A stretch of 64,000 nt of DNA. Source: Acidobacteriota bacterium (lineage in GTDB: Bacteria > Acidobacteriota > UBA6911 > RPQK01 > JAJDTT01). A program made the translations under genes and the position numbers. The notes under the pieces are model-generated. The model did not search any database and had not been told where the DNA came from. It saw nothing but the letters and a program-made list of their open reading frames with translations. The stretch lies in the NCBI GenBank assembly GCA_965217775.1, contig CBDCJH010000002.1, positions 2,560,001-2,624,000 on the forward strand, given 5' to 3'. Of this stretch, positions 26,501-35,700 are shown one piece after another. The number at the start of each line of letters is the position of its first letter. The stretch's first letter is position 1.

Positions 26501-28831
26501 CCGGACCGCATCGAACTGCGCCAGCGTCGTGATCTCGATCAGCCCGTCATGGTCCGCGTCGTAGTGCGGCTGCGGTGTCTCGTTCGTCACCGACCGATCG
26601 GTGAAGGCCGCCGCCTTGGTGCCCGCCGCATCGCGAAGAGACCACGCTCCCGGACTGTAGCTCACCGTCACCGTTTGCCCGTGAAACACCCACCGAGACA
26701 ACCTCAGCACCAAGGTCTGCGACATCACCTCCACACCTTCCACGTGCACGGTGTTGCCGCCGCTCGTCACCGCGAACGAGGCCAAGACCCGGGTGTCGAA
26801 GCCCGAGGTCCGTTTCAGTGCCTCGTCGTAGGTCAACGCCAGCCGGGTGCCGTCGGCCACTGCCCCCTGCAGCACCGGCCGGACGCCGTCCACCCGGTGG
26901 CCCGCGTCGGCCTCCACCGCCGCGTGCGTCAGGTCGGCATTGTCGGCGCCGTCCCGGATCGTGCCCGACAGACTGTCGGCCGCGATGCCCACCCCGTCGG
27001 TGTCGCTGTCGCCCTCGACCACGGTGTAGGCGAAGGTGAGCACCTCGCCGCCGCCGCCCCGATGCGTCATCTGCCGCGTAGCGCCGCCCAGCGTCAACCC
27101 GAGTTGCGGGGTGCCCGTGACCGTGACGCTCTGGTCGAAGCGCACCGTGGCCTCGATCTCGTCGCCCAGGGCGTAGATCGCGCGCGAGCCCGGATCCGAG
27201 GTCAGGGCAACCGCGTTCACGCTCGGCGCGCCCGCCACCGTGGCTTCGTCGTCGTCGAGCGTCACCGTGGCGCTGTCCGGGCTGCCGACCGTCATCTCCG
27301 ACGGCAGCAGCGAGGTGTCGAACGCGAGCGTGACCGTCTCGCCGTCGTCGTCGGCGTCGTCGTCGACCGCAGTGACGGTGAAGGTCTGCGCGGTCTCGTC
27401 GGCGGCAAAGGCGACGCTTCCCGGCGCGGTGTAGTCGCCGGCCGTGGCGCCGCTCGCTCCCGTCGACAGCAGGGGAATGGAAACCGGGCGTCCGGGCGCC
27501 GCGCTCAAGCTGACCGTCACGGTCGCCGCGGCGCCGCTCTCGGCCGCGGTGTAGGTCGCTGCGCCGAAGGAGACCGTGACTGCGGGTGGCGTCCGGAAGT
27601 TCGCCACCGTGGCGCGCGTCCGGTTGAGCGTGCGAACCGCGTCGGCGGGGCCTTCCAAAGCGTTCGAGGGCTCGCGGCCGGCCGCGCCCAGGGGGTCCCC
27701 CCCCGGATCGGGATAGGCCTGGTCCGGGTTCGAGAAACGCATCAACCTCTGACAGTAGAAATCTCCACGGACGCACTGGTAATCGTAGGACATGATCGTG
27801 CGCCAGCGGGCGGACGCCGGGGCATCCTCGTCGAAGGCCCGCTGGTTCACATAGCCGTAGGCGTAGGCCGTCGCCCCTTCGGTGCATCTACCGTCCCCGA
27901 GGAACTGACACGCCAGATATCGGTCTTGGGCCAGGCCCATGAGGTGGCCCAACTGATGGGCAAATGTGCGGGAACCGCCGCGACGGCCTGAAACGGCAAA
28001 CGCATCGGCCGCGGAGGCATTGGCGGGCGTCAGGAACGTGTAGGCAGCGCCGGTCCGGTACCTGGCGATCAGCACGACGATGTCCGCTGCAACCTGGTCG
28101 CGGATGGTGTGGACTTCGTCCATGCGGCCGTCCGACGGATCCTGCAGACGGTCCACATCGAAACCCGGGTCCGGGTCCGGGTACTCCACCTCCTCGACGG
28201 CGGCGAGGGCGATGCGCTGGTTCACCCCGCTCGCCCGGTAGGCCCGGTTGGTCTCCGCGGCCATGAGGTCGATCTCGGCCATGATCGCGGCGGTCCCGCC
28301 GGCGCCGTTCCGGGCGGCCGGCGTGTAGAAGACCGCCACGTCGATCACGGACTGCTCCGTCGGCGGACAGGTCAGGCCGGCGAAGGAGATCCCGGCCAGC
28401 CAGGTCTGAAAGTCGGTGTCGGCCGGGGCGCACAGCTCGGTGTGGGACAGATCCACGGCCGCGAGCGCCGACAGCTCCCGCAGGCCGTCCGGGAGCGGAC
28501 CCGTCAACGCGTAGTTGCGGTCGAGCAACAGAGATTCGAGGTGGGTCAGGTTCTCCAGCTCAGTCGGGAGCGTCCCGTTCAACCCGTTTTCTTGGAGTTC
28601 CAGCCTGGTGACGCGGCCGTCGCCGTCGGTGGTCACGCCGTGCCACGTCGACAACGCCTGAGCAGTTCCCCAGTTCGTGGCGTCCGTCCAGTCCGCGCCG
28701 TTCGTGGCGTCGTACAGCGCCTGCAGCGCCGCCGTGTCGGTCGCGACACTTCCTTGCTGTGCACGAGCGCCGGCCGCCAGGCACAGCAGCACGACCGGCA
28801 ACAGGTTGTAACGATGAATACGACGGCGCAT
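17561..28831 (-). CDS. Giant modular secreted protein G2, 3756 aa: signal peptide, LRR, M12B/reprolysin-like domain with degenerate zinc motif, Calx-beta, stalk unit, GLUG-type module, FN3, 8 stalk units, Calx-beta-like, Pro38, FN3, duplicated C-terminal domain
   Basis: ORF track; Sec-type signal ending AGARA-QQ; DTAALQALYDATNG...WHGVT...RVTRLEL..NGLNGTLP LRR cap; AHQLGHLMGLAQD and TIMSY Met-turn. Confidence 0.95.
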   Translation of the reverse strand: MRRRIHRYNLLPVVLLCLAAGARAQQGSVATDTAALQALYDATNGADWTDATNWGTAQALSTWHGVTTDGDGRVTRLELQENGLNGTLPTELENLTHLESLLLDRNYALTGPLPDGLRELSALAAVDLSHTELCAPADTDFQTWLAGISFAGLTCPPTEQSVIDVAVFYTPAARNGAGGTAAIMAEIDLMAAETNRAYRASGVNQRIALAAVEEVEYPDPDPGFDVDRLQDPSDGRMDEVHTIRDQVAADIVVLIARYRTGAAYTFLTPANASAADAFAVSGRRGGSRTFAHQLGHLMGLAQDRYLACQFLGDGRCTEGATAYAYGYVNQRAFDEDAPASARWRTIMSYDYQCVRGDFYCQRLMRFSNPDQAYPDPGGDPLGAAGREPSNALEGPADAVRTLNRTRATVANFRTPPAVTVSFGAATYTAAESGAAATVTVSLSAAPGRPVSIPLLSTGASGATAGDYTAPGSVAFAADETAQTFTVTAVDDDADDDGETVTLAFDTSLLPSEMTVGSPDSATVTLDDDEATVAGAPSVNAVALTSDPGSRAIYALGDEIEATVRFDQSVTVTGTPQLGLTLGGATRQMTHRGGGGEVLTFAYTVVEGDSDTDGVGIAADSLSGTIRDGADNADLTHAAVEADAGHRVDGVRPVLQGAVADGTRLALTYDEALKRTSGFDTRVLASFAVTSGGNTVHVEGVEVMSQTLVLRLSRWVFHGQTVTVSYSPGAWSLRDAAGTKAAAFTDRSVTNETPQPHYDADHDGLIEITTLAQFDAVRHDLDGNGKPSIRGAAVYRAAFPLAFPDDQERLRCQGACIGYELLAELDFLDVNGDGQVDTNDDANGDGRVAADDTTWWNGGAGWDPVSNGGGTSYGAEFEGNGHAIRHLFINRPTENGVGLFAKTDRSGSIRNVGVIEIEVTGNSWVGGLVGSNTGKITASYAAGRVSGEERVGGLAGRNDGAIVAGYATGRVSGNSHVGGLAGENYYGGAITASYATGRVSGTTSVGGLVGESFTGGVRAITASYATGPVSGEEQVGGLVGRFGSREISVSYWDRTTSGQSTGDGGVGRSTGTLQAPTGYSGIYADWNVDLDGDGMEDDPWHFGMTDEYPVLKGTGDWKEFGHQIREGPTLMATRGVGQVELEWTAVDATHWTPEANVTYTVTREGATVEILSENTSSRTYVDTDAPAGATYVYQVAAVVHGGEASRSRRVSVFVPIPDTTDPTVSKLEITSDAGSDSTYAIGDEIEVTVTFSEEVFVTGTPQLTLKVGNRDRPADYDSVADEEVLFRYRVVPGDVDANGVSIAADSLSLNGGTLKDGSDNEADLDHRALGTQSRHQVDGIQPELAATRGAVVNGTTLTLTYTETLDSASTPPSGAFSVSGGSSSRAVSNVALRGSAVDLTLSSAVAHWETGIRVSYTVPAGMGATPIQDRAGNDADRLSGAPVTNETPDRIPPTVTSVELTSDPPDSRDVYGAGEEIEVTVTFSETVLVTGTPRVTLKVGERDRSANYESVTGAVVVFAYTVATNDSDTDGVSLEADSLSRGTGTIRDTARNHAVLTHTAVAADTGQKVDGIKPVLASTGGAVANGTMLTLAYGEPLDTSSAPGNDAFTVTGASETRTVTGVRVSGSAVELTLNPAVEHGETGLRVRYTVPTGASASPIQDTAGNDADPLPSQPVNNVTGDTTGPTVETVRITSSAGSDSTYAVDDPIEATVTFNETVVVTGTPRLTLNLGGRSRTAVYLSVTGAAVKFEYRVARGDSDRDGVSIDADSLSRGGGTIRDGARNNAQLDHAAVAADSRHQVDGVPPMLASTDGAVVNGTTLTLAYSEPLNSSSRPAASAFTVTGGSETRTVTRVQVSGNAVLLTLNPAVTDGESGLRLSYQPGGNPIEDTVGNAADELNNRPVTNHTGDTRGPTVETVRITSNAGSDSTYAAGETIEVTVTFSETVVVTGTPRLTLNLGGRNRTANYQDVTGAAVRFEYQVVSGDSAAYGVSLDANRLSGGTIRDGARNNAVLNHAPVAADSRHRVDGVKPALATTDGAVVNGTTLTLAYGEPLDSASVPATDDFTVTGGSETRAVTGVRVSGSAVFLTLSSAVAVGEVRLRVNYEPGSNPIRDTAGNDADRLSNQSVTNRTGDTAGPTVEMVRITSNAGSDRTYRVDNPIEVTVTFGETVVVTGTPRLTLNLGGRSRTADYLNVTGAAVKFEYRVARGDSDRDGVSIDADSLSRGGGTIRDGAGNDATLDHAAVAADSRHQVDGVPPMLASTDGAVVNGTTLTLAYSEPLRSSSRPATSAFTVTGGSEARTVTRVQVSGSAVLLRLNPAVTDAESGLRLSYQAGTNPIEDTVGNAADGLNNEPVTNHTGDTTGPAVETVRITSNAGSDSTYAAGETIEVTVTFNETVVVTGTPQLTLNLGGRNRTANYQDVTGAAVRFEYQVVSGDSAAYGVSIEANRLSGGTIRDGARNNAGLNHAPVVANSRHQVDGVKPTLATSDGAVAKGTTLTLAYGEPLDSSSVPATDDFTVTGGSETRTVTGVRVSGSAVFLTLSSAVAEGESRLRVNYEPGSNPVQDTAGNDADRLSNRSVTNRTADTMGPAVSTVRITSSAGSDRTYGVDETIEVTVTFDETVVITGTPEVTLDVGGRSRTAEYRSVSNQAVKFAYRVVTDDNDEDGVSLEANRLSRAGGTIRDGAGNDAVLDHMAVAASSSHKVDAVAPVLALTDPAVVNGATLTLTYNEPLNTSLRPLTSDFTVEGGNETRTVTRVQVTGSEVRLTVNPAAEHGETGIRVSYEPRSNPIQDAIGNDAEAFRDEFVDNRTPDTTAPSIEGIQISSDPGTDETYAVDDMISVTVRYDETVTVDTIRGTPTLDLLVGTRRKRAAASAGPDRPAVVFVYTVEKGDEDEDGVSVPRGSISLNGGKILDLADNTAARSYEAVEAQAGHKVDASVPELEGVTVHGSRVALTYDEALDEGSTPSRFDFAVTVAGDDRTVVQVRVSGNSVILTLTSEVTAGEPVMVSYTPGFNPIQDEAGNAVEGLIDHRVDPPLVTIQAKQGSETVTEGDTVVFTLTRGPPTEATLTVSLEVTETRSMIETSGGYEPPEEVEFRSGQETATLEVLTDDDDVAESTSRVTARLQPEDEYRLGPTSTRSARVTVQDNEVSAPPPPPPPPPPPPPPPPPPPPPPPPPPPPPPPPPPPPPPAATVPTAPLNLQAEGGDGEMTLFWEAPESDGRAAIMDYEVRIDRAGDWISIGSTDRTHTVTGLTNGRTYVFEVRAVNSVGPSPPSSPVEATPMAKEVILEFAHFGNGYSGNDVLITSDLVLVNVAESEIRPVIYFFDRAGDLFEAESVVDVGEDLEIREDGGLSPRKEIASLGELTISTHGRGVVVTGSVRVVSDGPIGGVVRFDIPGIGVAGVGASEPTADALFPARRQAGGIRTAAAIHNLGLEAVDVQCRLMKDGRVLEEGEIPLSANGQAAQFIEELFTATDTTDFVGSVRCTVPAGESFSGVAVELDAGNRIFTTLPVVPIGPEAIEDQETTLNLAHFANGTSGDGTLITSDLVLVNVAASTARPAIYFYDHGGELLEPESMVEVEDHLLVREDGGLTLRTAMARLGELTISTHGRGDVVTGSVRVVANGPIGGVLRFDIPGVGVAGVGASQPTSDALFPARRQAGGIRTAAAIRNLAAQRATVRCRLMSGGEPLEEADIRLNAHGQQARFIEEVFTRTDTRDFVGSVRCTALGEGLFTGVAVELDTGNRIFTTLPVVPIQR
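19265..19378 (-). repeat. Poly-proline tract of G2 (38 Pro)
   Basis: 38 consecutive CCN codons. Confidence 0.97.
19740..25185 (-). repeat. G2 stalk: 8 tandem Ig-like + SwmB-type units
   Basis: Eight DxxxPxVxxVxITS-type unit starts in the translation. Confidence 0.9.
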
Positions 28832-29442
28832 TAGGGGGAACGGTGCATCAGGCGGGTTCCCTCGGCTTGCGACCCCAGCACCTCACATTCCAGAGGCGGC
28901 ATCTCGACTCGGCTGACGGCGTACAGTCCATCGCCCGCCGACCGAATCCAGTAGGTCCCACCGAGTGTCCGTACCGTGCCGGCGACCGTCTCGCCGTTGA
29001 CGACGAGCGTCACCGTACCCGGCTCTTCCCCAACGAGCCGGCCCGATAATGAATAACCGCCCGAGAACGTCGGCGCCGTCCGCTCGACGATCCCTGTGAA
29101 CACCACGTCCTCGAACAGGTTCAAGGTCAAGGTCTCATCCGCCGCAGGCACCCGGTCACGCACGCCCCGACGCGGCGACACGACTTCCGTCTGCACGCGG
29201 GGGCGGGAGAGCACGGAGGCGGCGGCCCGGGCGCGCTGGAGCCGTTGCAAGTCGATCGTCACCAGCCGGCGGCGCACCACCGTGGCGTCGTGCGACGCGG
29301 GGGCGGGCGAATCCAGCCGTGCCGCCGGGCGATCGATCGTGGAAAAGAGGTCTCGGCTCCGGGCCTCGACGGCTAAGGGGGCCAGCCACGCCAGCCCCAA
29401 GACGAAGACCACTGTGATGCTCCGCACGCTTGTCCACGACAC
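28831..29442 (-). CDS. Secreted 203-aa protein resembling a stand-alone M12B metalloprotease prodomain, translationally coupled to G2
   Basis: Signal-like N terminus (VVFVLGLAWLAPLAVEA); LTLNLFEDVVFTGIVERT...YSLSGRL...VTLVVNGETVAGTVRT...YWIR and a late Cys (PPLECE); its TAA overlaps the G2 ATG (TAATG at 28833-28829). Confidence 0.75.
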   Translation of the reverse strand: MSWTSVRSITVVFVLGLAWLAPLAVEARSRDLFSTIDRPAARLDSPAPASHDATVVRRRLVTIDLQRLQRARAAASVLSRPRVQTEVVSPRRGVRDRVPAADETLTLNLFEDVVFTGIVERTAPTFSGGYSLSGRLVGEEPGTVTLVVNGETVAGTVRTLGGTYWIRSAGDGLYAVSRVEMPPLECEVLGSQAEGTRLMHRSP

Positions 29443-29613
29443 GGCACGTCCCTCCCTTGCGCGTCCCCGACGCCTCGGCGACGCCGTTCCGCAGAGAGCG
29501 AGAAAGGATGCTCGCTCCCATCCGTCTACCGTTAGGCTCGACTCCTGCCAGGCAGGGTGCTCCGAGCCGATGCGCGCTGTCTCTCCACATGATGAGTTCT
29601 GTGCGATAGACAG

Positions 29614-29722
29614 CGTGTCTATTGTAAGAAGGAACCCGGACGATATTGGTTCAAATACATGAAAATAGGGTGATATTTTCGTTGATAAAGTGATACTTCA
29701 GTGAAATGTTCCACCGGGACCA
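29614..29722 (-). promoter_or_regulatory. Conserved promoter block, copy 2 (203-aa gene + G2)
   Basis: -10 TACAAT on - at 29621-29626; boxes ATGAAAA 29659, GTGATAT 29670, GTGATAC 29690, GTGAAAT 29701. Confidence 0.75.
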
Positions 29723-29784
29723 CCCTCACCGGTGGCAATCGAGGGATTCAGGGAGGGGATCGTCTTCCGACTACTCTCGGCGGG

Positions 29785-32700
29785 TCATCTTTGAATCGGC
29801 ACCACCGGCAGCGTGGTGAAGATCCGGTTGCCGGTGTCCAGCTCCACCGCGACTCCCGTGAACAGGCCTTCCCCGAGAGCCGTGCATCTCACTGATCCGA
29901 CGAAGTCTCTGGTATCCGTCCGGGTGAAGACCTCTTCGATGAACCGGGCATGCTGCCCGTGGGCGTTGAGACGGATGTCCACCTCTTCCAGCGCCTCGCC
30001 CCCGCTCATCAACCGGCACCGCACCGTTGCGCGCTGCGCCGCCAGGTTGCGGATCGCCGCCGCGGTGCGGATCCCGGTTGGCTGCCGCCTCGCCGGGAAC
30101 AGGGCGTCCGTCGTGGTTTGACTCGCGCCCACGCCGGCCACGCCGACGCCGGGGATGTCGAAGCGCAGGACGCCGCCGAGGGATCCGTTCGCCACCACCC
30201 GCACCGATCCGGGCACCACCTCGCCCCGGCCGTGGGTCGAGATCGTCAACTCGCCCAGACGGGCCATGGCCGTTCGTACGGTCAGACTTCCGTCCTCTCG
30301 GACGAGAAGATGGTCTTCGACCTCCACCATCGACTCCGGCTCCAATAGCTCTCCGCCCTGATCGTAAAAGTAGATGGCGGGACGGGCGGTCGAAGCGGCC
30401 ACGTTCACCAGCACCAGGTCGGAGGTGATCAAGGTCCCGTCGCCGGAAGTTCCGTTGGCGAAATGGGCGAAGTTGAGTGTCGTTTCCTGGTCTTCGGCAG
30501 CCTCCGGGCCGATCGGCACCACCGGCAGCGTGGTGAAGATCCGGTTGCCCGCATCCAGCTCCACCGCCACTCCCGTGAACGACTCACCCGCCGGGACCGT
30601 ACAACGGACCGACCCCACGAAGTCCGTGGTGTCGGTCGCGGTGAACAGCTCCTCGATGAACTGGGCGGCCTGGCCGTTGGCGCTCAACGGGATCTCCCCC
30701 TCTTCCAGCACCCTGCCGTTCTTCAGCAACCGGCACTGCACGTCGACGGCCTCCATTCCCAGGTTGTGGATGGCCGCCGCGGTGCGGATCCCTCCGTCCT
30801 GCCGCCGGGCCGGGAACAGGGCGTCGGACGTGGGTTCGCTGGCGCCGACACCGGCGACGCCGATTCCGGGGATGTCGAAGCGGACTACGCCTCCGATGGG
30901 GCCGTCCGACACGACTCGGACCGATCCCGTCACCACTACGCCCCGGCCGTGGGTGGAGATCGTCAGCTCGCCCAGCGACGCGATCTCCGTCCGGGGCGAC
31001 AGCCCTCCGTCCTCCCGGATCTCCAGATCGTCCCCGACATCCACCACGGACTCGGCTTCAAACAGATCTCCCTCCCGGTCGAAGAAGTAGATGACGGGAC
31101 GAATCTCCGACTCGGCCACGTTCACCAGCACCAGGTCTGAGGTGATGAGCACGTCGTTGTCCGAAACCCCGTTGCCGAAATGGGCGAACTCCAGGATCAC
31201 CTCCTCGGCCATGGGCGTGGCCTCGACCGGGCTGGAGGGAGGACTTGGACCGACTGAATTCACCGCCCGCACCTCGAAGACGTAGGTCCGGCCATTGGTC
31301 AGTCCGGTGACCGTATGGGTCAGGTCCGTGGAACCGATGGAGGTCCAGTCCCCGGCCCGGTCGATCCGGAGCTCGTAGTCCGTGACGGCCGCGCGGCCGT
31401 CGCTCTCAGGCACCTTCCAGATCAGCTTCACTTCACCGTCCCCGGCTTCTGCCTGGAGGTTCAAGGGCGCTGTGGGCGCCGTCGCAGCCGGAGGCGGTGG
31501 TGGCGGTGGTGGTGGAGGTGGTGGCGGTGGTGGCGGCGGCGGTGGGGGAGGTGGAGGTGGTGGGGGAGGAGGGGGAGGTGGCGGAGGCGGGGTCGAGACT
31601 TCGTTGTCCTGGACCGTCACCCGGGCGCTCTGAGTCGAAGTGGGTCCCAGCCGGTACTCGTCTCCCGGCTGCAGCCGGGCGGTGACCAGGCTGGTGGATT
31701 CGGCGACGTCGTCATCGTCGGTCAACACTTCCAGCGTCGCCGTCTCCTGTCCGGTCCGGAACTCCACCTCCTCCGGCGGTTCGTACCCGCCCGAGGTCTC
31801 GATCATCGATCTCGTCTCCGTGACCTCCAGGTTCACCGTCAGTGGGGCCTCCGTCGGGGGTCCCCGCGTCAGGATGAACTCCACGGGGGCGCCTTCCGTC
31901 ACCGTCTCGGATCCCTCCTTGACCTGGATGGTCACCAGGGGCGGGTCCGCCCGGTGATCGGTCAACCCCTCCACGGCGTTACCCACCTCATCCTGGATCG
32001 GATTGAATCCCGGCGTATAGCTCACCCTTACCGTCTCGCCGACCGTCACCGTCGAGGCCAGCCTCAAGGTGACGCTGTTTCCCCTTACCCGGACCTGGTC
32101 CACCGTTCGATCATCCCCGGCCACCGTCACCGCGAAATCGAACCGCGATGGTGTCGAACCCTCATCCAGCGCCTCGTCGTAGGTCAGCGCCACCCGCGAG
32201 CCATGCACCGTCACGCCCTCCAGCCCCGGCACGCTCGCATCCACCTTGTGGTCCGCCTCCGTCTCCACCGCTTCGTAACTCCGCGCCGCCGGGTTGTCCG
32301 ACAGATCCAGGATCTTTCCTCCATTGAGCGCGATGCTCCCGCGCGGGACGCTCACTCCGTCCTCGTCCTCGTCTCCCTTCTCCACCGTGTAGACGAACAC
32401 CACCGCCGGCCGGTCCGGCCCCACACTGGCGCTGGCCCGCTTCCGCCGGGTCCCCACCAGCAGGTCCAGCGTCGGCGTTCCGCGAATGGTGTCCACCGTC
32501 ACCGTCTCGTCGTACCGCACCGTCACCGAGATCATGTCGTCGACCGCGTAGGTCTCGTCCGTTCCCGGGTCCGAGCTGATCTCGATCCCTTCGATCGACG
32601 GCGCCGTCGTGTCCGGCGTCCGGTTGTCCACGAACTGGTCTCTGAAGGCTTCGGCATCGTTGCCGATCGCATCCTGGATCGGATTCGATCGCGGCTCGTA

Positions 32701-35700
32701 GCTCACCCGGATCCCCGTCTCTCCATGTTCCGCCGCCGGGTTCACCGTCAGCCGAATCTCACTCCCGGTCACCCGAACCCGGGTCACGGTGCGCGTCTCG
32801 TTGCCTCCCTCCACGGTGAAGTCGCTCGTCGCTGGTCGTGAGGACGTATTCAGGGGTTCGTTGTAGGTCAGCGTCAGTGTCGCGCCGTTGACCACCACCG
32901 GATCGGTCAGCGCCAGGACCGGGGCGACCGCGTCCACTTTGTGGCTGGAGCTGGCCGCCACGGCCTCATGGTCCAAGGTGGCGTCATTGCCGGCGCCGTC
33001 CCGGATCGTCCCTCCGACTCGCGACAGCCGGTTCGACTCGATGCTCACTCCATCCTCGTCGTTGTCATCCGTGACCACCCGGTAGGCGAATTTCACGGCC
33101 CGGTTCGAGACGCTCCTGTATTCCGCCGTTCGGCTTCGGCTGCCCACGTCCAGGGTCAGTTCCGGCGTTCCGGTGATCACCACCGTCTCGTCGAACGTCA
33201 CCGTCACTTCGATGGTCTCGTCCACGCCGTAGGTCCGATCCGACCCTGCACTCGAGGTGATCCGAACCGTCGTTACTTCCGGTCCCTCCGTGTCTCCCGT
33301 CCGGTTCGTGACGCTCTTGTTGCTCAACCGGTCCGCGTCGTTGCCTGTGGTGTCCTGAATCGGATTCGATCCCGGCTCGTAGTTCACCCGGAGGCCGCTC
33401 TCTCTGTCCGCGACGGCCGGACTCAGGGTCAGGAACACCGCGCTTCCGCTGACCCGGACTCCGGTGACCGTCCGGGTTTCACTCCCGCCTGTCACGGTGA
33501 AGTCGTCCGTCGCCGGGACCGGAGAGGAATCCAAAGGCTCGCCGTAGGCCAGCGTCAGCGTCCTCCCGTTCACGACCGCTCCTTCGCTGGTCGCCAGTGT
33601 GGGCTTGACTCCATCCACCTGGTGCCGGGAATCGGCCGCTACCGGCGCGTGGTTCAGCACGGCGTTGTTCCGGGCGCCGTCGTGGATCGTGCCGCCGGAC
33701 AGGCGGTTCGCCTCGATGCTCACCCCGTAAGCAGCACTGTCGCCGGAGACCACCTGGTATTCGAACCTCACGGCGGCCCCCGTGATGTCCTGGTAGTTGG
33801 CTGTCCGGCTCCGGCCGCCCAGGTTCAACGAAAGCCGGGGCGTCCCCGTCACCACCACCGTCTCGTTGAAGGTCACCGTCACTTCGATGGTCTCGCCGGC
33901 CGCGTAGGTCCGGTCCGACCCTGCATTGGAGGTGATCCGCACCGTCTCCACGGTCGGCCCCGCCGTGTCCCCCGTGCGGTTCGTGACCGGTCGGTTGTTC
34001 AGCTCGTCCGCGGCGTTCCCCACCGGGTCCTCGATCGGATTCCCCCCCGGCTGGTAGCTCAACCGGAGGCCGCTCTCCCCGTCCGTTACGGCCGGGTTCA
34101 ACGTCAGCAGGACCGCGCTTCCGCTCACCTGGACCCGAGTGACCGTTCGGGCCTCACTCCCCCCGGTCACGGTGAAGGCGCTCGCCGCCGGCCTTGAGGA
34201 GGAGTTCAGCGGTTCGCTGTAGGCCAGCGTCAGCGTCGTCCCGTTCACCACCGCCCCGTCCGTCGTGGCCAGCACTGGGAGGATCCCGTCCACCTGGTGC
34301 CGCGCATCGACCGCCACCGCCGCGTGGTCCAAGGTGGCGTCATTCTGGGCGCCGTCGCGGATCGTCCCCGCACCGCGCGACAGGCTGTCCGCCTCGATGC
34401 TCACTCCGTCCCCGTCGTTGTCACCCGGGACCACCCGGTAGGCGAACTTCACTGCCTGGCTCATGACACTTCGGAAGTTCGCCGTTCGACTCCGACCGTC
34501 TAGGTTCAGGGTCAATTGCGGTGTCCCCGTCACCACCACCGTCTCGTCGAACGTCACCGTCACTTCGATGGTCTCGTCCACGCCGTAGGTCCGGTCCGAC
34601 CCCGCACTCGAGGTGATCCGCACCGTCGACACGGCCGGTCCCGTCGTGTCTCCCGTCCGGTTCGTGACGCTCTTGTTGCTCAACCGGTCCGCGTCGTTGC
34701 CGGCGGTGTCCTGAATCGGATTCGATCCCGGCTCGTAGTTCACCCGGAGGCGGCTCTCTCCGTCCGTGACGGCCGAACTCAGCGTCAGGAACACCGCGCT
34801 TCCGCTGACCCGGACTCCGGTGACCGTCGGCGTCTCACTCCCTCCCGTCACGGTGAAGTCGTCCGTCACCGGCACCGAAGAGGAATCCAACGGCTCACCG
34901 TAGGCCAGCGTCAGCGTCGTGCCGCTGGCCACCGCTCCGTCGGACGTCGCCAGCGTGGGCTTGATCCCATCCACCTGGTGCCGGGAATCGGCCGCCACCG
35001 GCGCATGGCTCAGCACGGCGTTGTTCCGGGCGCCGTCCCGGATCGTGCCGCCGGACAGGTGGTTCGCCTCGAGGCTCACCCCGTAGGCGGCACTGTCGCC
35101 CGAGACCACCTGGTATTCGAACCTCACGGCGGCCCCCGTGACGTCCTGGTAGTTGGCCGTCCGGTTCCGGCCGCCCAGGTTCAGCGTCAACCGCGGCGTC
35201 CCCGTCACCACCACCGTCTCGTTGAACGTCACCGTCACTTCGATGGTCTCGCCGGCCGCGTAGGTCCGGTCCGACCCCGCATTGGAGGTGATCCTCACCG
35301 TCTCGACCGTCGGCCCCGTCGAGTCACCCGTGCGGTTCGTGACTGGTCGGTTGTTCAGCTCGTCCGCGGCGTTGCCCACCACGTCCTCGATGGGGTTCCC
35401 CCCCGGCTGGTAGTTCAACCGGAGGCCGCTCTCTATGTCCGTTACGGCCGGGTTCAACATCAACAGGACCGCGCTTCCGCTCACCTGCACCCGAGTGACC
35501 GTTCGGGCCTCACTCCCCCCGGTCACGGTAAAGGCGCTCGTCGCTGGTCGAGATGACGACCTCAGCGGCTCGCTGTAGGCCAGCGTCAGAGTCGTTCCGT
35601 TCGCCACCGCCCCGTCCGTAGTGGCCAGCACCGGAGGCACCCCGTCCACTTTGTGCCGGGAATCGGCCGCCACCGCCGCGTGGTCGAGCTGCGCGTTATT

